DNA of 34,697 nt from Candidatus Subterrananammoxibius californiae. Its GTDB lineage: Bacteria > Planctomycetota > Brocadiia > Brocadiales > Subterrananammoxibiaceae. Within the stretch, counting starts at the first letter, position 1, and each line of letters opens with the position of its first letter. The stretch lies in the NCBI GenBank assembly GCA_030586555.1, contig JAURAC010000033.1, positions 1 through 34,697 of the forward strand, given 5' to 3'. Shown here piece after piece: positions 8,323 to 18,149 of this stretch. A program made the position numbers and the translations under genes. The notes beneath the pieces are model-generated. The model saw only the letters and a list, made by a program, of their open reading frames with translations, did not search any database and was not told where the DNA came from.

Positions 8323-10203
8323 ATGAGCATAATTGAAGACCCAGAAATAGTAAGGGAATTTATCGTCGAATCAACTGACCACCTGGAAGATGTCGAATCC
8401 AAGATACTACTCCTTGAGGAAAGGTCGGACGATTTGGAGTTAATTAACGGAATATTTCGTCCTATCCACAGTATGAAGGGGAGCGCAGGATTTCTCGGGC
8501 TTAACGAGATTGCCTCCTTCAGTCATGAATTAGAAACCCTCCTCGATAATGCAAGAAAGGGAAAGACAAAGATAACCCTCGATATTGTAAGCTTACTCCT
8601 TGAATCTGTAGATATGCTTAAGAAGCTTATAGGAAATTTGTCGAAAGAAATGGAAAAGCCAAAGGGTAATGACGATGGCGAAGAAACTACCCCGTCTGAG
8701 GCGGACGCAAGCATTTCTGACGGGGTTAAGGCGTTAATGCTCAGGGTCTCAGTGTTGACGATGCATACTCCGTCAGAAGAGTGCCACGGACAAACAAGTT
8801 TGTCCGTGCCACCCTGTGAGCGAAGCCTGGAGGACGAAAGTAAAAATATTTCCCAGGCTGAGAAAGCCGCCCCCAAACTTATTGGCGAAATCCTTGTAGA
8901 TAATAGGGCTGTTACACAGGAACAAGTAGACTCTGCGCTTGAACTTCAGGACAAAAAGGTTGGCGAGATACTCATTGATAAAGGTGCGACGACTCCAGAT
9001 AAGGTTGATGAAGCGCTAAAAAAACAAGGAATTCTTGATAAAACATCCTCCACAACGGTTAAGGTTCATATAAACAAACTCGATAATCTTGTGAATCTTG
9101 TCGGGGAATTGGTAATTTCGCAAGCCTTAATTAAGGAGGAAGTATCATCAATCAACGGGAACGTCCTTAGCAAGAATTTAGCGCAGCTTGGCAAAATCAC
9201 AAAGGAAATCCAGGACAGGGTAATGTCGCTCAGAATGGTGCCACTCAAGCCTACATTCCAGAAAATGGCAAGGCTTGTTAGAGACCTTTCAGCAAGGGTG
9301 GGGAAAAAGATACAATTGGAAATTTCTGGCGAGGATACGGAACTTGATAAAACAGTTATAGAGCAAATTGGCGACCCTCTGATACATCTCATAAGAAACT
9401 CCGTTGACCATGGAATTGAGCCTGTTTCAGAAAGAATTGCAAAGGGTAAACCAGAAATGGGTACAATTCAATTAAACGCATTCTACAAGGGTGGAAACAT
9501 AATAGTTGAGATATCAGACGATGGGAGGGGGTTGCCAAAAGACAAGATACTTAAAAAGGCTGTAGAAAAAGGAATCGTTGATGAACATGTGGTTCTTGCC
9601 GATAATCAAATATACAATCTCATTTTTCTACCCGGTTTCTCCACTGCAGAAAAGATTACCGATATCTCAGGCCGTGGTGTAGGAATGGATGTAGTTAAGA
9701 AGAATATAGAGAAGCTCAGAGGCAAGATTGAAATTGATACCGTAGAAGGCTCAAGGACGAAGTTCTCTATAAGACTTCCTCTTACCCTTGCCATTATTGA
9801 TGGAATGGTTGTCGAAGTAGGCAATGAGAAATTTGTTATCCCTACGCTATCAATAGAAGAATCAATTCGTCCCAGAAGAGAAGAGGTCTCTACCATCCAA
9901 AACAGGGGTGAGATAGTGAATGTCAGGGGTAACCTGCTACCCATTGTACGCTTGCACGAGCTTTACAAGATACAACCCAAAAGGGTAGACCCGTGGGATG
10001 CACTCCTTGTTATCGTTGAGGGGGAAGGGCAGCGTTTTTGCCTGCTTGTGGATGAACTTATTGGTCAGCAACAGGTGGTAATAAAGAACCTCGGCGATAA
10101 ATTAAGGTCTGTGAGGGGCGTTACTGGTGGCGCCATATTGGGTGATGGAAAGGTGGCGCTAATATTGGATGTAGGCGGCGTTATGGATATTGCTCTTAAT
10201 TAG
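8323..10203 (+). CDS. cheA: Chemotaxis histidine kinase CheA, with an MshEN-like module in place of P2
   Basis: HPt FRPIHSMKGSAG, LDNLVNLVGELV, HLIRNSVDHGIE, SDDGRGL, SGRGVGMDVV and a C-terminal CheW domain. Confidence 0.96.
   Translation: MSIIEDPEIVREFIVESTDHLEDVESKILLLEERSDDLELINGIFRPIHSMKGSAGFLGLNEIASFSHELETLLDNARKGKTKITLDIVSLLLESVDMLKKLIGNLSKEMEKPKGNDDGEETTPSEADASISDGVKALMLRVSVLTMHTPSEECHGQTSLSVPPCERSLEDESKNISQAEKAAPKLIGEILVDNRAVTQEQVDSALELQDKKVGEILIDKGATTPDKVDEALKKQGILDKTSSTTVKVHINKLDNLVNLVGELVISQALIKEEVSSINGNVLSKNLAQLGKITKEIQDRVMSLRMVPLKPTFQKMARLVRDLSARVGKKIQLEISGEDTELDKTVIEQIGDPLIHLIRNSVDHGIEPVSERIAKGKPEMGTIQLNAFYKGGNIIVEISDDGRGLPKDKILKKAVEKGIVDEHVVLADNQIYNLIFLPGFSTAEKITDISGRGVGMDVVKKNIEKLRGKIEIDTVEGSRTKFSIRLPLTLAIIDGMVVEVGNEKFVIPTLSIEESIRPRREEVSTIQNRGEIVNVRGNLLPIVRLHELYKIQPKRVDPWDALLVIVEGEGQRFCLLVDELIGQQQVVIKNLGDKLRSVRGVTGGAILGDGKVALILDVGGVMDIALN
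8781..8814. repeat. REP-like palindrome (GGGTGGCAYGGACAAA family) in frame in cheA
   Basis: gtgccacggacaaacaagtttgtccgtgccaccc; related copies are intergenic at 20674-20774 and 30187-30217. Confidence 0.8.
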
Positions 10204-10243
10204 TACGGAACATTTGATTTAAATATTGAAGGAGGTAATAATC

Positions 10244-10753
10244 ATGCAAATGGCTGTAAAACAAACAACCGCAGCAAAGGATGCGTCATCTATTAAGGGG
10301 AAATTTTTAACGTTTGGGTTGTGCGGGGAAGAATACGGGTTAGAAATTCTTAAGGTAAGAGAAATCAATTGTTTGATGGATATAACAACAGTACCTCAGA
10401 TGCCAGATTACATGAAGGGTGTAATAAACCTTAGAGGAAAGGTTATACCTGTAATTGACCTGAGATTAAAATTTGGCTTATCCAAAACTGAATATACAAA
10501 GGAGACGTGCATAATTGTAGTAGATGTGCAAAATACCCTTGTAGGGATTGTGGTAGATACAGTTTCTGAGGTAGTAGATGTTAACGCTGAAGAAATTGAA
10601 CAAGCTCCACGCATGGGACAGCGTGTAAATACTGACTTTATCCTTGGTTTGGCAAAGATTAAGGATAGAGTAAAGATACTTCTTGCTATAGATAAGGTAT
10701 TGCGGTCAGACGAACTCGAGGCCGCAGAACAGATGGCGTTTAGTCAGTCATAG
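10244..10753 (+). CDS. cheW: Chemotaxis coupling protein CheW
   Basis: FLTFGLCGEEYGLEILKVREI…GVINLRGKVIPVIDLR. Confidence 0.95.
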   Translation: MQMAVKQTTAAKDASSIKGKFLTFGLCGEEYGLEILKVREINCLMDITTVPQMPDYMKGVINLRGKVIPVIDLRLKFGLSKTEYTKETCIIVVDVQNTLVGIVVDTVSEVVDVNAEEIEQAPRMGQRVNTDFILGLAKIKDRVKILLAIDKVLRSDELEAAEQMAFSQS

Positions 10754-10888
10754 TGAATCTGGTAGACAACGAACCCACCCAAAAAACGGCGGGCTTTCAG
10801 CTTTATGTTCGTTGAAAAATCAATGGTGATAAACATCGTTGTCTACCACGTCCGACGTGAAATTAATTTTTGTTCGGGGGGAAGATAC

Positions 10889-13582
10889 ATGAAACTCACA
10901 GTTGGAAAAAAAATTGGCGGAGGATTTTGTATATCAATCGTAATCCTTGCTGGTATAGGGTTTCTCGGCATAAGGAATATGGGACTTATTAACAAAAACT
11001 CCGAAAGGATGTACAACGATTGTACTGTTGCCATGAAGAGTCTTGCAGATGTCGGGTATAGCGCAAATGCCATCCGTCTCCATATTATGGATATGCTTAA
11101 TACAGATGACCCGACGCAAAAGATGGAATACCAGAAAGAAATAATTGACCGCCAGAAGACCATTGATGAGGCAATCAAGGCGTATGAGACAAGCGCCTCT
11201 ACCGAGGCGGAAAGAATGGCGCTAAAAGATTTTAAGGACAGGTGGCAGGTTTATATGTCTTCTGCTCAAAGCGGTATTGATAAGGCAATTGCGGCATTGG
11301 AGGCTGAAGATACCCTTGCTATTGAAGAAAAGGCTAAAAAGGACTCTATTGAAGATGTGGGTTCAAAATATACTGTTATGATGAAGTCATTGAACGACAT
11401 GGTAGATGTTTCCAGTAATGTTGTAAGGGTTGCTGGGGTTACGTATTTGTCGAATGTTAAGGCTGATATTATTAACGTCAGAATGGACATCTTAACCCTC
11501 ATGAGCAATACAGATTTAGATACAAGACATGCCATTGCAGCGGATATGCAGAAGAGGAGAGAGGACATTGAAGGAAACCTGAAACGCTTTGCATCAACAA
11601 ATCTTGCGGATGAAGAGAAAGAAGCGCTTGCCTCCTTCAAGGAGAAATTGGATGAGTATTTTGCCGTTGCGCAGAAGACCGCTTCAAAAGCAATAGAGTC
11701 AGCCACATCGCTCGATGGTGAGACCATCGAACTGGAGATAGAAAAATTTGGTAAAGAAGATGCAAATGCGAAATACACTTTCGCAATAAAGTCTATAGAT
11801 GATTTGATAGACACATCAAACCAGATAGTCAGAATTGGGTGGATTACGTATTTGAACAACGTAAAGTTCGCCATAATAAATGTGCGTATGGATTTACTTA
11901 ATATGTTAAATGCAAGTAATTTATTAACAAGGGAAGCATGTCATGAAATGATTCGAAGTCGTATGGGCTCAGTGGAAGAGAATTTGAAGATGTTTGAGGA
12001 AATTGGTCTGAATGAAGAAGAGAAGGACCAATTAGGTGTGGTGAAGAATGGCTGGAAGGCGTATGTCTCTTCTACCCAAGCCGTGGCTGATGCAGCGCGC
12101 AAGTCTGCCAAGATGCAAAGAGAGGGGAAGGATAGATGGAGTCTTAACCAGATGGCAAGGAGGAATGAAAGAGAGGAGGCTGGACCAAAGTTCCCTCCAG
12201 CTATTGCCGCCGCTACAACGATGCTTAGCGTATGTGATAACGTCGCAAAAAAACTTTACCAGGACTCTGTAAAAAAGTATAAATCGTCGTTCCTGTTCTT
12301 GACTATTTTAGTGCTTATTGGCGTAGGTGGCGGAATCGCCCTCTGCGTTCTTATATTAACGAGTATAACCAGACTATTCAGGGTGCTTTTTGAAGGTTTG
12401 ACTGGGGGAGCCAGTCAGGTTGCTTCTGCTTCAAGTCAGATTTCTGCATTGAGTCAGTGTGTTTCACAAGGGGCAAATGAGCAGGCGGCATCGCTTGAAA
12501 CAACATCCTCTTCGATGGAAGAGATGTCTTCTATGGTAAAGCAAAATGCAGATAATGCAAGGGAAGCAGCCCGACTTTCCACCCTTTGTACCAGTTCTGC
12601 TGAGAAGGGAGACCAAGCCGTTACCGAGATGAATGGAGCCATGAAGGAGATTAACACCAGCAGTAAGAGAATAGCCGATATTATAAAAGTAATAGATAGC
12701 ATAGCATTTCAAACCAATCTGCTTGCACTAAATGCGGCAGTTGAGGCGGCAAGGGCTGGTGAACACGGTAAGGGCTTTGCCGTAGTGGCTGAGGAGGTTA
12801 GAAACCTTGCCCAGAGAAGTGCAAATGCCGCAAAGGATACCTCTTCTTTAATCCAGGACAGTGTACAAAAGACTGATGTCGGCACCAATCTTGCCGAGAG
12901 ATGTGGAGGGGTACTACAGGAAATTGTTACTAATGTTAAGAAGGTAGCCAACCTTATTAATGAAATTGCTGCTGCATCCCAGGAACAGTCCCAGGGTGTA
13001 GCTCAGGTGAGCAAGGCGCTCAATGAAATGGAACAGGTTACCCAGCAAAATGCCTCAAGCGCTGAGGAGACTGCATCCTCCAGTCATCAGCTTTCGGCTC
13101 AAGCAAAGAATTTAATGGCTCTGGTAGAGAAGATTGACGCAGAGATTGGCGGAACTGATGAGAGAATTAAAAAAGAAGAGCGGTCTATGCAAGAACCAGA
13201 AATCGTTCAGAAAAAGGGAATTACCGAGACTTCTGCTGAATCTTCTGAACATGGGCCGGAGGCTTGTAGTGAAACTGCTGAATCGTCATTGCGAGCTAAA
13301 GGCGAAGTCATGCCTGAGGCAGATTCGCCTTGGCGAACAATCTCCTCGGAGTACGTCAAGTCGTCTGAAAGAAAAACCGGGACGGGCAAGCCTAAAGGAC
13401 GTGAGATAGAGAAACTTATCTCACGTCCTAAAGGAAATGGTGGTGATAATGGAGGGAAAAAAGCAAGCGGGCACTCAAGGCTGAAAGCCTTGGGTCGGGA
13501 CTTGCTTTTTTCCAACAAACATTCTTTGCGGAAACCAGAAGAAGTAATCCCTATGGATAAAGATGTGTTTAAAGACTTTTAA
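10889..13582 (+). CDS. Methyl-accepting chemotaxis protein with three tandem 4HB-like sensor units and a C-terminal pentapeptide
   Basis: Two TM segments, [34 protein letters not shown], and terminal VFKDF (NWETF-like). Confidence 0.93.
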   Translation: MKLTVGKKIGGGFCISIVILAGIGFLGIRNMGLINKNSERMYNDCTVAMKSLADVGYSANAIRLHIMDMLNTDDPTQKMEYQKEIIDRQKTIDEAIKAYETSASTEAERMALKDFKDRWQVYMSSAQSGIDKAIAALEAEDTLAIEEKAKKDSIEDVGSKYTVMMKSLNDMVDVSSNVVRVAGVTYLSNVKADIINVRMDILTLMSNTDLDTRHAIAADMQKRREDIEGNLKRFASTNLADEEKEALASFKEKLDEYFAVAQKTASKAIESATSLDGETIELEIEKFGKEDANAKYTFAIKSIDDLIDTSNQIVRIGWITYLNNVKFAIINVRMDLLNMLNASNLLTREACHEMIRSRMGSVEENLKMFEEIGLNEEEKDQLGVVKNGWKAYVSSTQAVADAARKSAKMQREGKDRWSLNQMARRNEREEAGPKFPPAIAAATTMLSVCDNVAKKLYQDSVKKYKSSFLFLTILVLIGVGGGIALCVLILTSITRLFRVLFEGLTGGASQVASASSQISALSQCVSQGANEQAASLETTSSSMEEMSSMVKQNADNAREAARLSTLCTSSAEKGDQAVTEMNGAMKEINTSSKRIADIIKVIDSIAFQTNLLALNAAVEAARAGEHGKGFAVVAEEVRNLAQRSANAAKDTSSLIQDSVQKTDVGTNLAERCGGVLQEIVTNVKKVANLINEIAAASQEQSQGVAQVSKALNEMEQVTQQNASSAEETASSSHQLSAQAKNLMALVEKIDAEIGGTDERIKKEERSMQEPEIVQKKGITETSAESSEHGPEACSETAESSLRAKGEVMPEADSPWRTISSEYVKSSERKTGTGKPKGREIEKLISRPKGNGGDNGGKKASGHSRLKALGRDLLFSNKHSLRKPEEVIPMDKDVFKDF

Positions 13583-13632
13583 ATAATCATGCTGGTTGAT
13601 TTTTTTTATAGTTTAATCTGAGGGGGTTGGAT

Positions 13633-15189
13633 ATGAAAGGCGTTAATGGTAAGTTTTTACTGATATTTAGTGCATTGCTTGCGTTGAATATTGGAAATAT
13701 GGTTGTTTTTTTTGCCAGCGACCAGGAAAGCGATGGCAAAATAATAAACACTGCTGGCAAACTGCGTGTGTCGTCGCAGAAGATGACAAAAGAAGCGCTT
13801 ATTTTAGCCCGAGGCGGTGAGGTTGAGGAATCTAAAAATTCGCTTAAAGATACGCTTGCATTGTTTGAACGTTTACATAATGGATTACTTAACGGGGATG
13901 CCGAGTTAAAATTACCTCCTGCTACTGATAGAGAATTTATGGCAAAGCTTGGAGAAATTAAAAACATCTGGAATAATGTTAAGGAGAATATGGATATTAT
14001 CTTAAAAGAGGACCCGGGAAGCCCTTCATTTCAAAACGCATTGAGTGTCGTTTCTTCCCAAAGTGTACCCTTTTTTAAGGTGACGAATGAGGCTGTTGGT
14101 GTGTATGAAAACGTGGCACGAAAGAAGGTAAATTTTCAATGGTGGTTGAATTTAGGAATCGTAGCGTGCAACGGTCTGGTTATAGCCTTAGGGTGGGTTT
14201 TAGTCATACGTCCTTTAGCAAGAATGCTTTGTCGTGTAATAGATAATTTAAGAGCAGGCTCTGATAGGGTGGCTTCAGCGTCGAAGCAAATCTCTGCCTC
14301 CAGCCAGACTCTTTCACGCGGTACTACAGAGCAGGCGGCGTCTATTGAGGAAACCACTGCTACTATGGAGGAGATGTCCTCCATGGTGAAGCAAAATGCA
14401 GATAACGCAAAAGAGGCGGTCCAATTAGCTACCCTTTGTAATGGTTCTGCTGAGAAAGGCAATCAAATCGTTACAGAGATGAACAGTGCTATGAAAGAGA
14501 TTAACGTCAGCAGTAAAAAGATAGCGGACATCCTCAAGGTAATAGACGGTATAGCATTTCAGACCAATCTGCTTGCCTTAAATGCTGCTGTGGAGGCGGC
14601 AAGGGCAGGAGAACACGGTAAAGGATTTGCCGTTGTAGCGGAGGAAGTACGTAACCTTGCCCAGAGGAGCGCAGTTGCCGCAAAGGATACAGCCGCACTA
14701 ATTCAGGACAGCGTGCAGAAGGCAGACGCTGGCGCCGGACTTGCAGAAAGGTGTGGTGGTGCGTTACAGGAAATTGTTACAAATGTTAAGAAGGTTACCA
14801 ATCTGATTAGTGAGATTGCAGCCGCTTCTCAGGAGCAAGCACAGGGAACTTCTCAAGTCAGCAAAGCGATGTCGCAGATGGATACGGTTACCCAGCAAAA
14901 TGCTGTGAATGCAGAAGAAACGGCATCAGCCAGCGAGGAACTATTCAGAGAGGTTAATGGTCTTACGGGTTTGATAAAGGATATATCGTCTGTGGTTGGG
15001 ACTAATGGCTATGTAGGGGCAGGTTTAAAACCTGCCCCTACTCGTGCCATCAGGCAATCCAGCCGTTTATCCGCCTCAAATGAACGTAACGGCATTAAGC
15101 CTGCACTGAGCGGAGCGAACGTGTCGGAGCAGGGCACGGATGATTCCTTTTCCAAGATAGCGGAAGAAAAGGCCCTTGTTGAAAATTAG
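13633..15189 (+). CDS. Methyl-accepting chemotaxis protein with PilJ/NarX-like sensor domain
   Basis: [18 protein letters not shown] after TM1; MCP signalling hairpin motif. Confidence 0.93.
   Translation: MKGVNGKFLLIFSALLALNIGNMVVFFASDQESDGKIINTAGKLRVSSQKMTKEALILARGGEVEESKNSLKDTLALFERLHNGLLNGDAELKLPPATDREFMAKLGEIKNIWNNVKENMDIILKEDPGSPSFQNALSVVSSQSVPFFKVTNEAVGVYENVARKKVNFQWWLNLGIVACNGLVIALGWVLVIRPLARMLCRVIDNLRAGSDRVASASKQISASSQTLSRGTTEQAASIEETTATMEEMSSMVKQNADNAKEAVQLATLCNGSAEKGNQIVTEMNSAMKEINVSSKKIADILKVIDGIAFQTNLLALNAAVEAARAGEHGKGFAVVAEEVRNLAQRSAVAAKDTAALIQDSVQKADAGAGLAERCGGALQEIVTNVKKVTNLISEIAAASQEQAQGTSQVSKAMSQMDTVTQQNAVNAEETASASEELFREVNGLTGLIKDISSVVGTNGYVGAGLKPAPTRAIRQSSRLSASNERNGIKPALSGANVSEQGTDDSFSKIAEEKALVEN
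15013..15041. repeat. GTAG-family REP palindrome in frame in the MCP tail
   Basis: gtaggggcaggtttaaaacctgcccctac, encoding [10 protein letters not shown]. Confidence 0.85.
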
Positions 15190-15193
15190 CAGT

Positions 15194-15248
15194 GTAGGGG
15201 CGAGGTTTCCTCGCCCTACCAAGAAGGGCAGGGAAACCATACCCCTAC
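15194..15248. repeat. GTAG-family REP doublet (REPIN-like)
   Basis: gtaggggcgaggtttcctcgccctac…agggcagggaaaccatacccctac. Confidence 0.85.
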
Positions 15249-15261
15249 AACAGTTGGACAG

Positions 15262-15630
15262 ATGGATACAGGAGATATGAATTGTGATACGGCAGGCGTT
15301 TCTCAGCGGGGACCACTACTTATAGGGGACCTGTCGCAAGAGAAATTAAGAATCGTGGAAGACACCCGCAAGGCTGGTGGGAGGATATTCTTCATAAAGA
15401 TTGACTTCCAGCCCAAGACTCCAGCAAAATCCCTGAAGGTGATGCTTATAGAGAACAAGTTGAACAAACTCGGTGAAATCATAAGGCTCTGGCCAACTGT
15501 GAACGAGGTCGAAGATGATAGTCAATCCTTTGCGTTGTTTATTATCTTTTGTACCTATGAGGAAAAAGAGATTGTAAGCAGGGATGTAAACGTTGACTGT
15601 GTAGAAAAGATTTTCATTAAGCAAATTTGA
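15262..15630 (+). CDS. Stand-alone CheA P2 (CheY-binding)-like domain protein
   Basis: FFIKIDF…KSLKVMLIENKLNKLGEIIRLWPTVNEVED resembles the Firmicutes/Thermotoga-type P2 pattern (ARAYMVFxxLEELGEIIKSxPxxEDIE). Confidence 0.62.
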   Translation: MDTGDMNCDTAGVSQRGPLLIGDLSQEKLRIVEDTRKAGGRIFFIKIDFQPKTPAKSLKVMLIENKLNKLGEIIRLWPTVNEVEDDSQSFALFIIFCTYEEKEIVSRDVNVDCVEKIFIKQI

Positions 15631-15699
15631 ATCAAAATGTCGTATTAGTTTTACTGACTGAATTGGTTAAATTAATTCAACCGACCTTTATTGATAAAA

Positions 15700-16194
15700 A
15701 TGCCCATCAATGTGGCGAATAGCAATGTAGTAACCGTAGGCGTGGGTGATTATAAGATTGTAAGGGCTCCAAAACTCTTGAAGACGCTTCTTGGGTCTTG
15801 TATTGGAGTAGCCCTTTACGATTCTACTACAAAGATCGGAGGGCTTCTCCATATAATGCTACCCAAACGTGAGAATAATGCTACTCAAAAGGCAAGTAAA
15901 TATGCGGATTCAGGCATATCTGTAATGATTGACCATATGGTTAACAATGCTGGGGCGTGCAGGGCTTCACTTACTGCCAAGGTTTTTGGTGGCGCTTGCA
16001 TGTTCTTGGTGGGAAATCCTTTGTTTGACATTGGCAGAAGGAATGAGGATGAGGTGCGCAGGGTTTTGCAAGAGGAAGATATCAGAATCCTTGCCCACAG
16101 AACTGGTGGTAATAAGGGGTATCAGATACTCTTTGACACAAATACAGGTAAAATCACCTGCGGTATTTTTGGTGAAGCGCCTGAAGAATACTAA
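15700..16194 (+). CDS. cheD: Chemoreceptor glutamine deamidase CheD
   Basis: TLLGSCIGVALYD…GGLLHIMLP…KYAD…AKVFGGA…IGRRN. Confidence 0.94.
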   Translation: MPINVANSNVVTVGVGDYKIVRAPKLLKTLLGSCIGVALYDSTTKIGGLLHIMLPKRENNATQKASKYADSGISVMIDHMVNNAGACRASLTAKVFGGACMFLVGNPLFDIGRRNEDEVRRVLQEEDIRILAHRTGGNKGYQILFDTNTGKITCGIFGEAPEEY

Positions 16195-16212
16195 TTATGC
16201 GGAGCGAAAAGT

Positions 16213-16249
16213 TCCCTCTCCCCTTGTGGGAGATGGTTAGGGTGAGGGG
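16213..16249. repeat. REP-like palindrome (CCCTCTCCC…GGGAGA-GG family)
   Basis: ccctctccccttgtgggagatggttagggtgagggg, intergenic. Confidence 0.65.
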
Positions 16250-16266
16250 TTTTTAGGAGAATAGCC

Positions 16267-16872
16267 GTGCAGATAACAGAAAATCATCTAAGGGTAATTA
16301 ATATAATCTTTGGGTTGAGCATAGACCATGCTTCAAGAACCTTGTCCAAGACGCTTAAAACGGGCGCAAAGATTGAGATGGTGAGGGCGTCCGTAATAGA
16401 TATTAGCAAGATAACAGAACAGATGAACGAAAATCCCCGTGAGGTCTCAGGTGCGTTTGTTAGTCTTGAAGGTGATGTGCCGTTGAAGCTATTATTTTTG
16501 ATTCCTCTACAGGGCGTCTTCAGGTTGACGGATTTATTTATGAGGAAGCCTCTCGGCACTACAACCGAATTTAATGAATTCACAGAGAGCGTTGTTCAAG
16601 AGGTTGGTAATATATTAGCCAGTTCTATTTCTAATGTTATGGTTTCTGATTTCGGGGTAAAGACATCGCTGTCTTCCCCCACGGTGCGGAATGATTTTGC
16701 AGGGACAATTTTTTCGATGTTTGTTATGGAAGAGGCGATGATTACAGATGATTTGCTATTGATAGAGACGCGATTTGAGGTATCTAAGACGGAACTCGAA
16801 TGTTGTCTTTTCCTTTTACCACGAATTAGTTCTCTCGAAGCAACAATAGGAAAAATCGAGGTGTGTAAATGA
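16267..16872 (+). CDS. cheC: CheC-like phosphatase
   Basis: SVVQEVGNILASS…SSPTV; next to cheD and cheY. Confidence 0.8.
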   Translation: MQITENHLRVINIIFGLSIDHASRTLSKTLKTGAKIEMVRASVIDISKITEQMNENPREVSGAFVSLEGDVPLKLLFLIPLQGVFRLTDLFMRKPLGTTTEFNEFTESVVQEVGNILASSISNVMVSDFGVKTSLSSPTVRNDFAGTIFSMFVMEEAMITDDLLLIETRFEVSKTELECCLFLLPRISSLEATIGKIEVCK

Positions 16873-17234
16873 AACGGGTATTAGTAGTAGATGATGCTTG
16901 TGTTGTCAGGATGATAATAAAGGGCGTGCTTGAGTCAAATGGATTTCAGATTGCTGGGGAGGCAAAAAATGGTCGAGAAGCCTTAAGTAAGTACATGGAA
17001 CTTAAACCTGATGCAGTTACGATGGATATAATAATGCCAGAGGCGGATGGGATACAGGGGCTAAAGGACATCCTTGGATTCGATAAACATGCAAAGGTAA
17101 TAATGGTATCTGCAATAGACCAGCGGGAAAGTTTAATGGAGGCAATAAGGGCAGGTGCATCAGATTATATTGTTAAACCTTTCGAAGATGAACGCATAGT
17201 AACAGCGTTGAAGAGAGTCCTGGGAGAGAGTTAG
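16869..17234 (+). CDS. cheY: Response regulator CheY
   Basis: VVDDA…TMDIIMP…VSA…VKPF. Confidence 0.88.
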   Translation: MKRVLVVDDACVVRMIIKGVLESNGFQIAGEAKNGREALSKYMELKPDAVTMDIIMPEADGIQGLKDILGFDKHAKVIMVSAIDQRESLMEAIRAGASDYIVKPFEDERIVTALKRVLGES

Positions 17235-17249
17235 CCGGGAGGTCGTTTT

Positions 17250-18119
17250 ATGATACATTCGTTACTTCAAGAATTTAATTTAACTGATAAGGAATTTGAG
17301 CTTATAAGTAAACTTGTTTACTCAGAGTGTGGTATAAAGTTAAGCAAGGAAAAGAATGAACTTGTGAAATCAAGGCTCACAAAACGCCTCAAGAAGTATG
17401 GTTTTCGCACCTTCGAAGAATATTATGAATATGTAACGGCTATAGATAAGACCGGAAATGAGCTTGTATGTCTCATAGATTGCATTTCAACAAATAAGAC
17501 AGAATTCTTTAGAGAAAAAGCGCATTTTGACTTCTTGGACAAAGAATTTTTACCAGATTTGATTGAAGAAAAAATTAGAGGAGGTTTTTATAAGCTTAGA
17601 GGCTGGAGCGCTGGTTGCTCAACAGGGGAAGAGCCTTTTAGTATAGCCATAACTGTTTGTAAACATTTAGATATTTTTTCAAGATGGGATGTGAAGATTC
17701 TTGCTACTGATATATCAACCAGGGTCATCGAGAAGGCAAAGCAGGGAATCTATGAAAAGGAAAAATTAGAGACTCTTCCACAAGGAATTGTTAAAACCCA
17801 TTTCATTTGCACCAAGGAGGTGGATACAGCGTACTACAGTGTAAAGGAGTATTTAAGGAAGATGGTTCTCTTTGGAAGATTAAACCTTATGGACAAGCAA
17901 TTTCCCTTTACAGGACAATTTGATTTTATATTCTGTCGCAATGTAATGATTTACTTTGATAAGGCAACACAAAGGGAGCTTGTCTCTAAATTTCATAAAT
18001 ACTTAGCGCCGGGCGGGTATCTCTTTATTGGCCATTCTGAAAGTCTTACAGGTATACCTAATAGCTTCGAGTATATTCAACCTACGGTTTATCGGAAAAG
18101 CAACGTTTTAGATTCGTAG
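17250..18119 (+). CDS. cheR: Chemotaxis methyltransferase CheR
   Basis: TNKTEFFRE, WSAGCSTGEEPFS, FDFIFCRNVMIYF, GHSESL. Confidence 0.96.
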   Translation: MIHSLLQEFNLTDKEFELISKLVYSECGIKLSKEKNELVKSRLTKRLKKYGFRTFEEYYEYVTAIDKTGNELVCLIDCISTNKTEFFREKAHFDFLDKEFLPDLIEEKIRGGFYKLRGWSAGCSTGEEPFSIAITVCKHLDIFSRWDVKILATDISTRVIEKAKQGIYEKEKLETLPQGIVKTHFICTKEVDTAYYSVKEYLRKMVLFGRLNLMDKQFPFTGQFDFIFCRNVMIYFDKATQRELVSKFHKYLAPGGYLFIGHSESLTGIPNSFEYIQPTVYRKSNVLDS

Positions 18120-18149
18120 GGCTTAATTTGACTTCTTGCATGTGATGAT

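Noticed and set aside
12400..14950. Long nucleotide similarity between the two MCP genes
   Set aside because: Ordinary conservation of paralogous MCP signalling domains.
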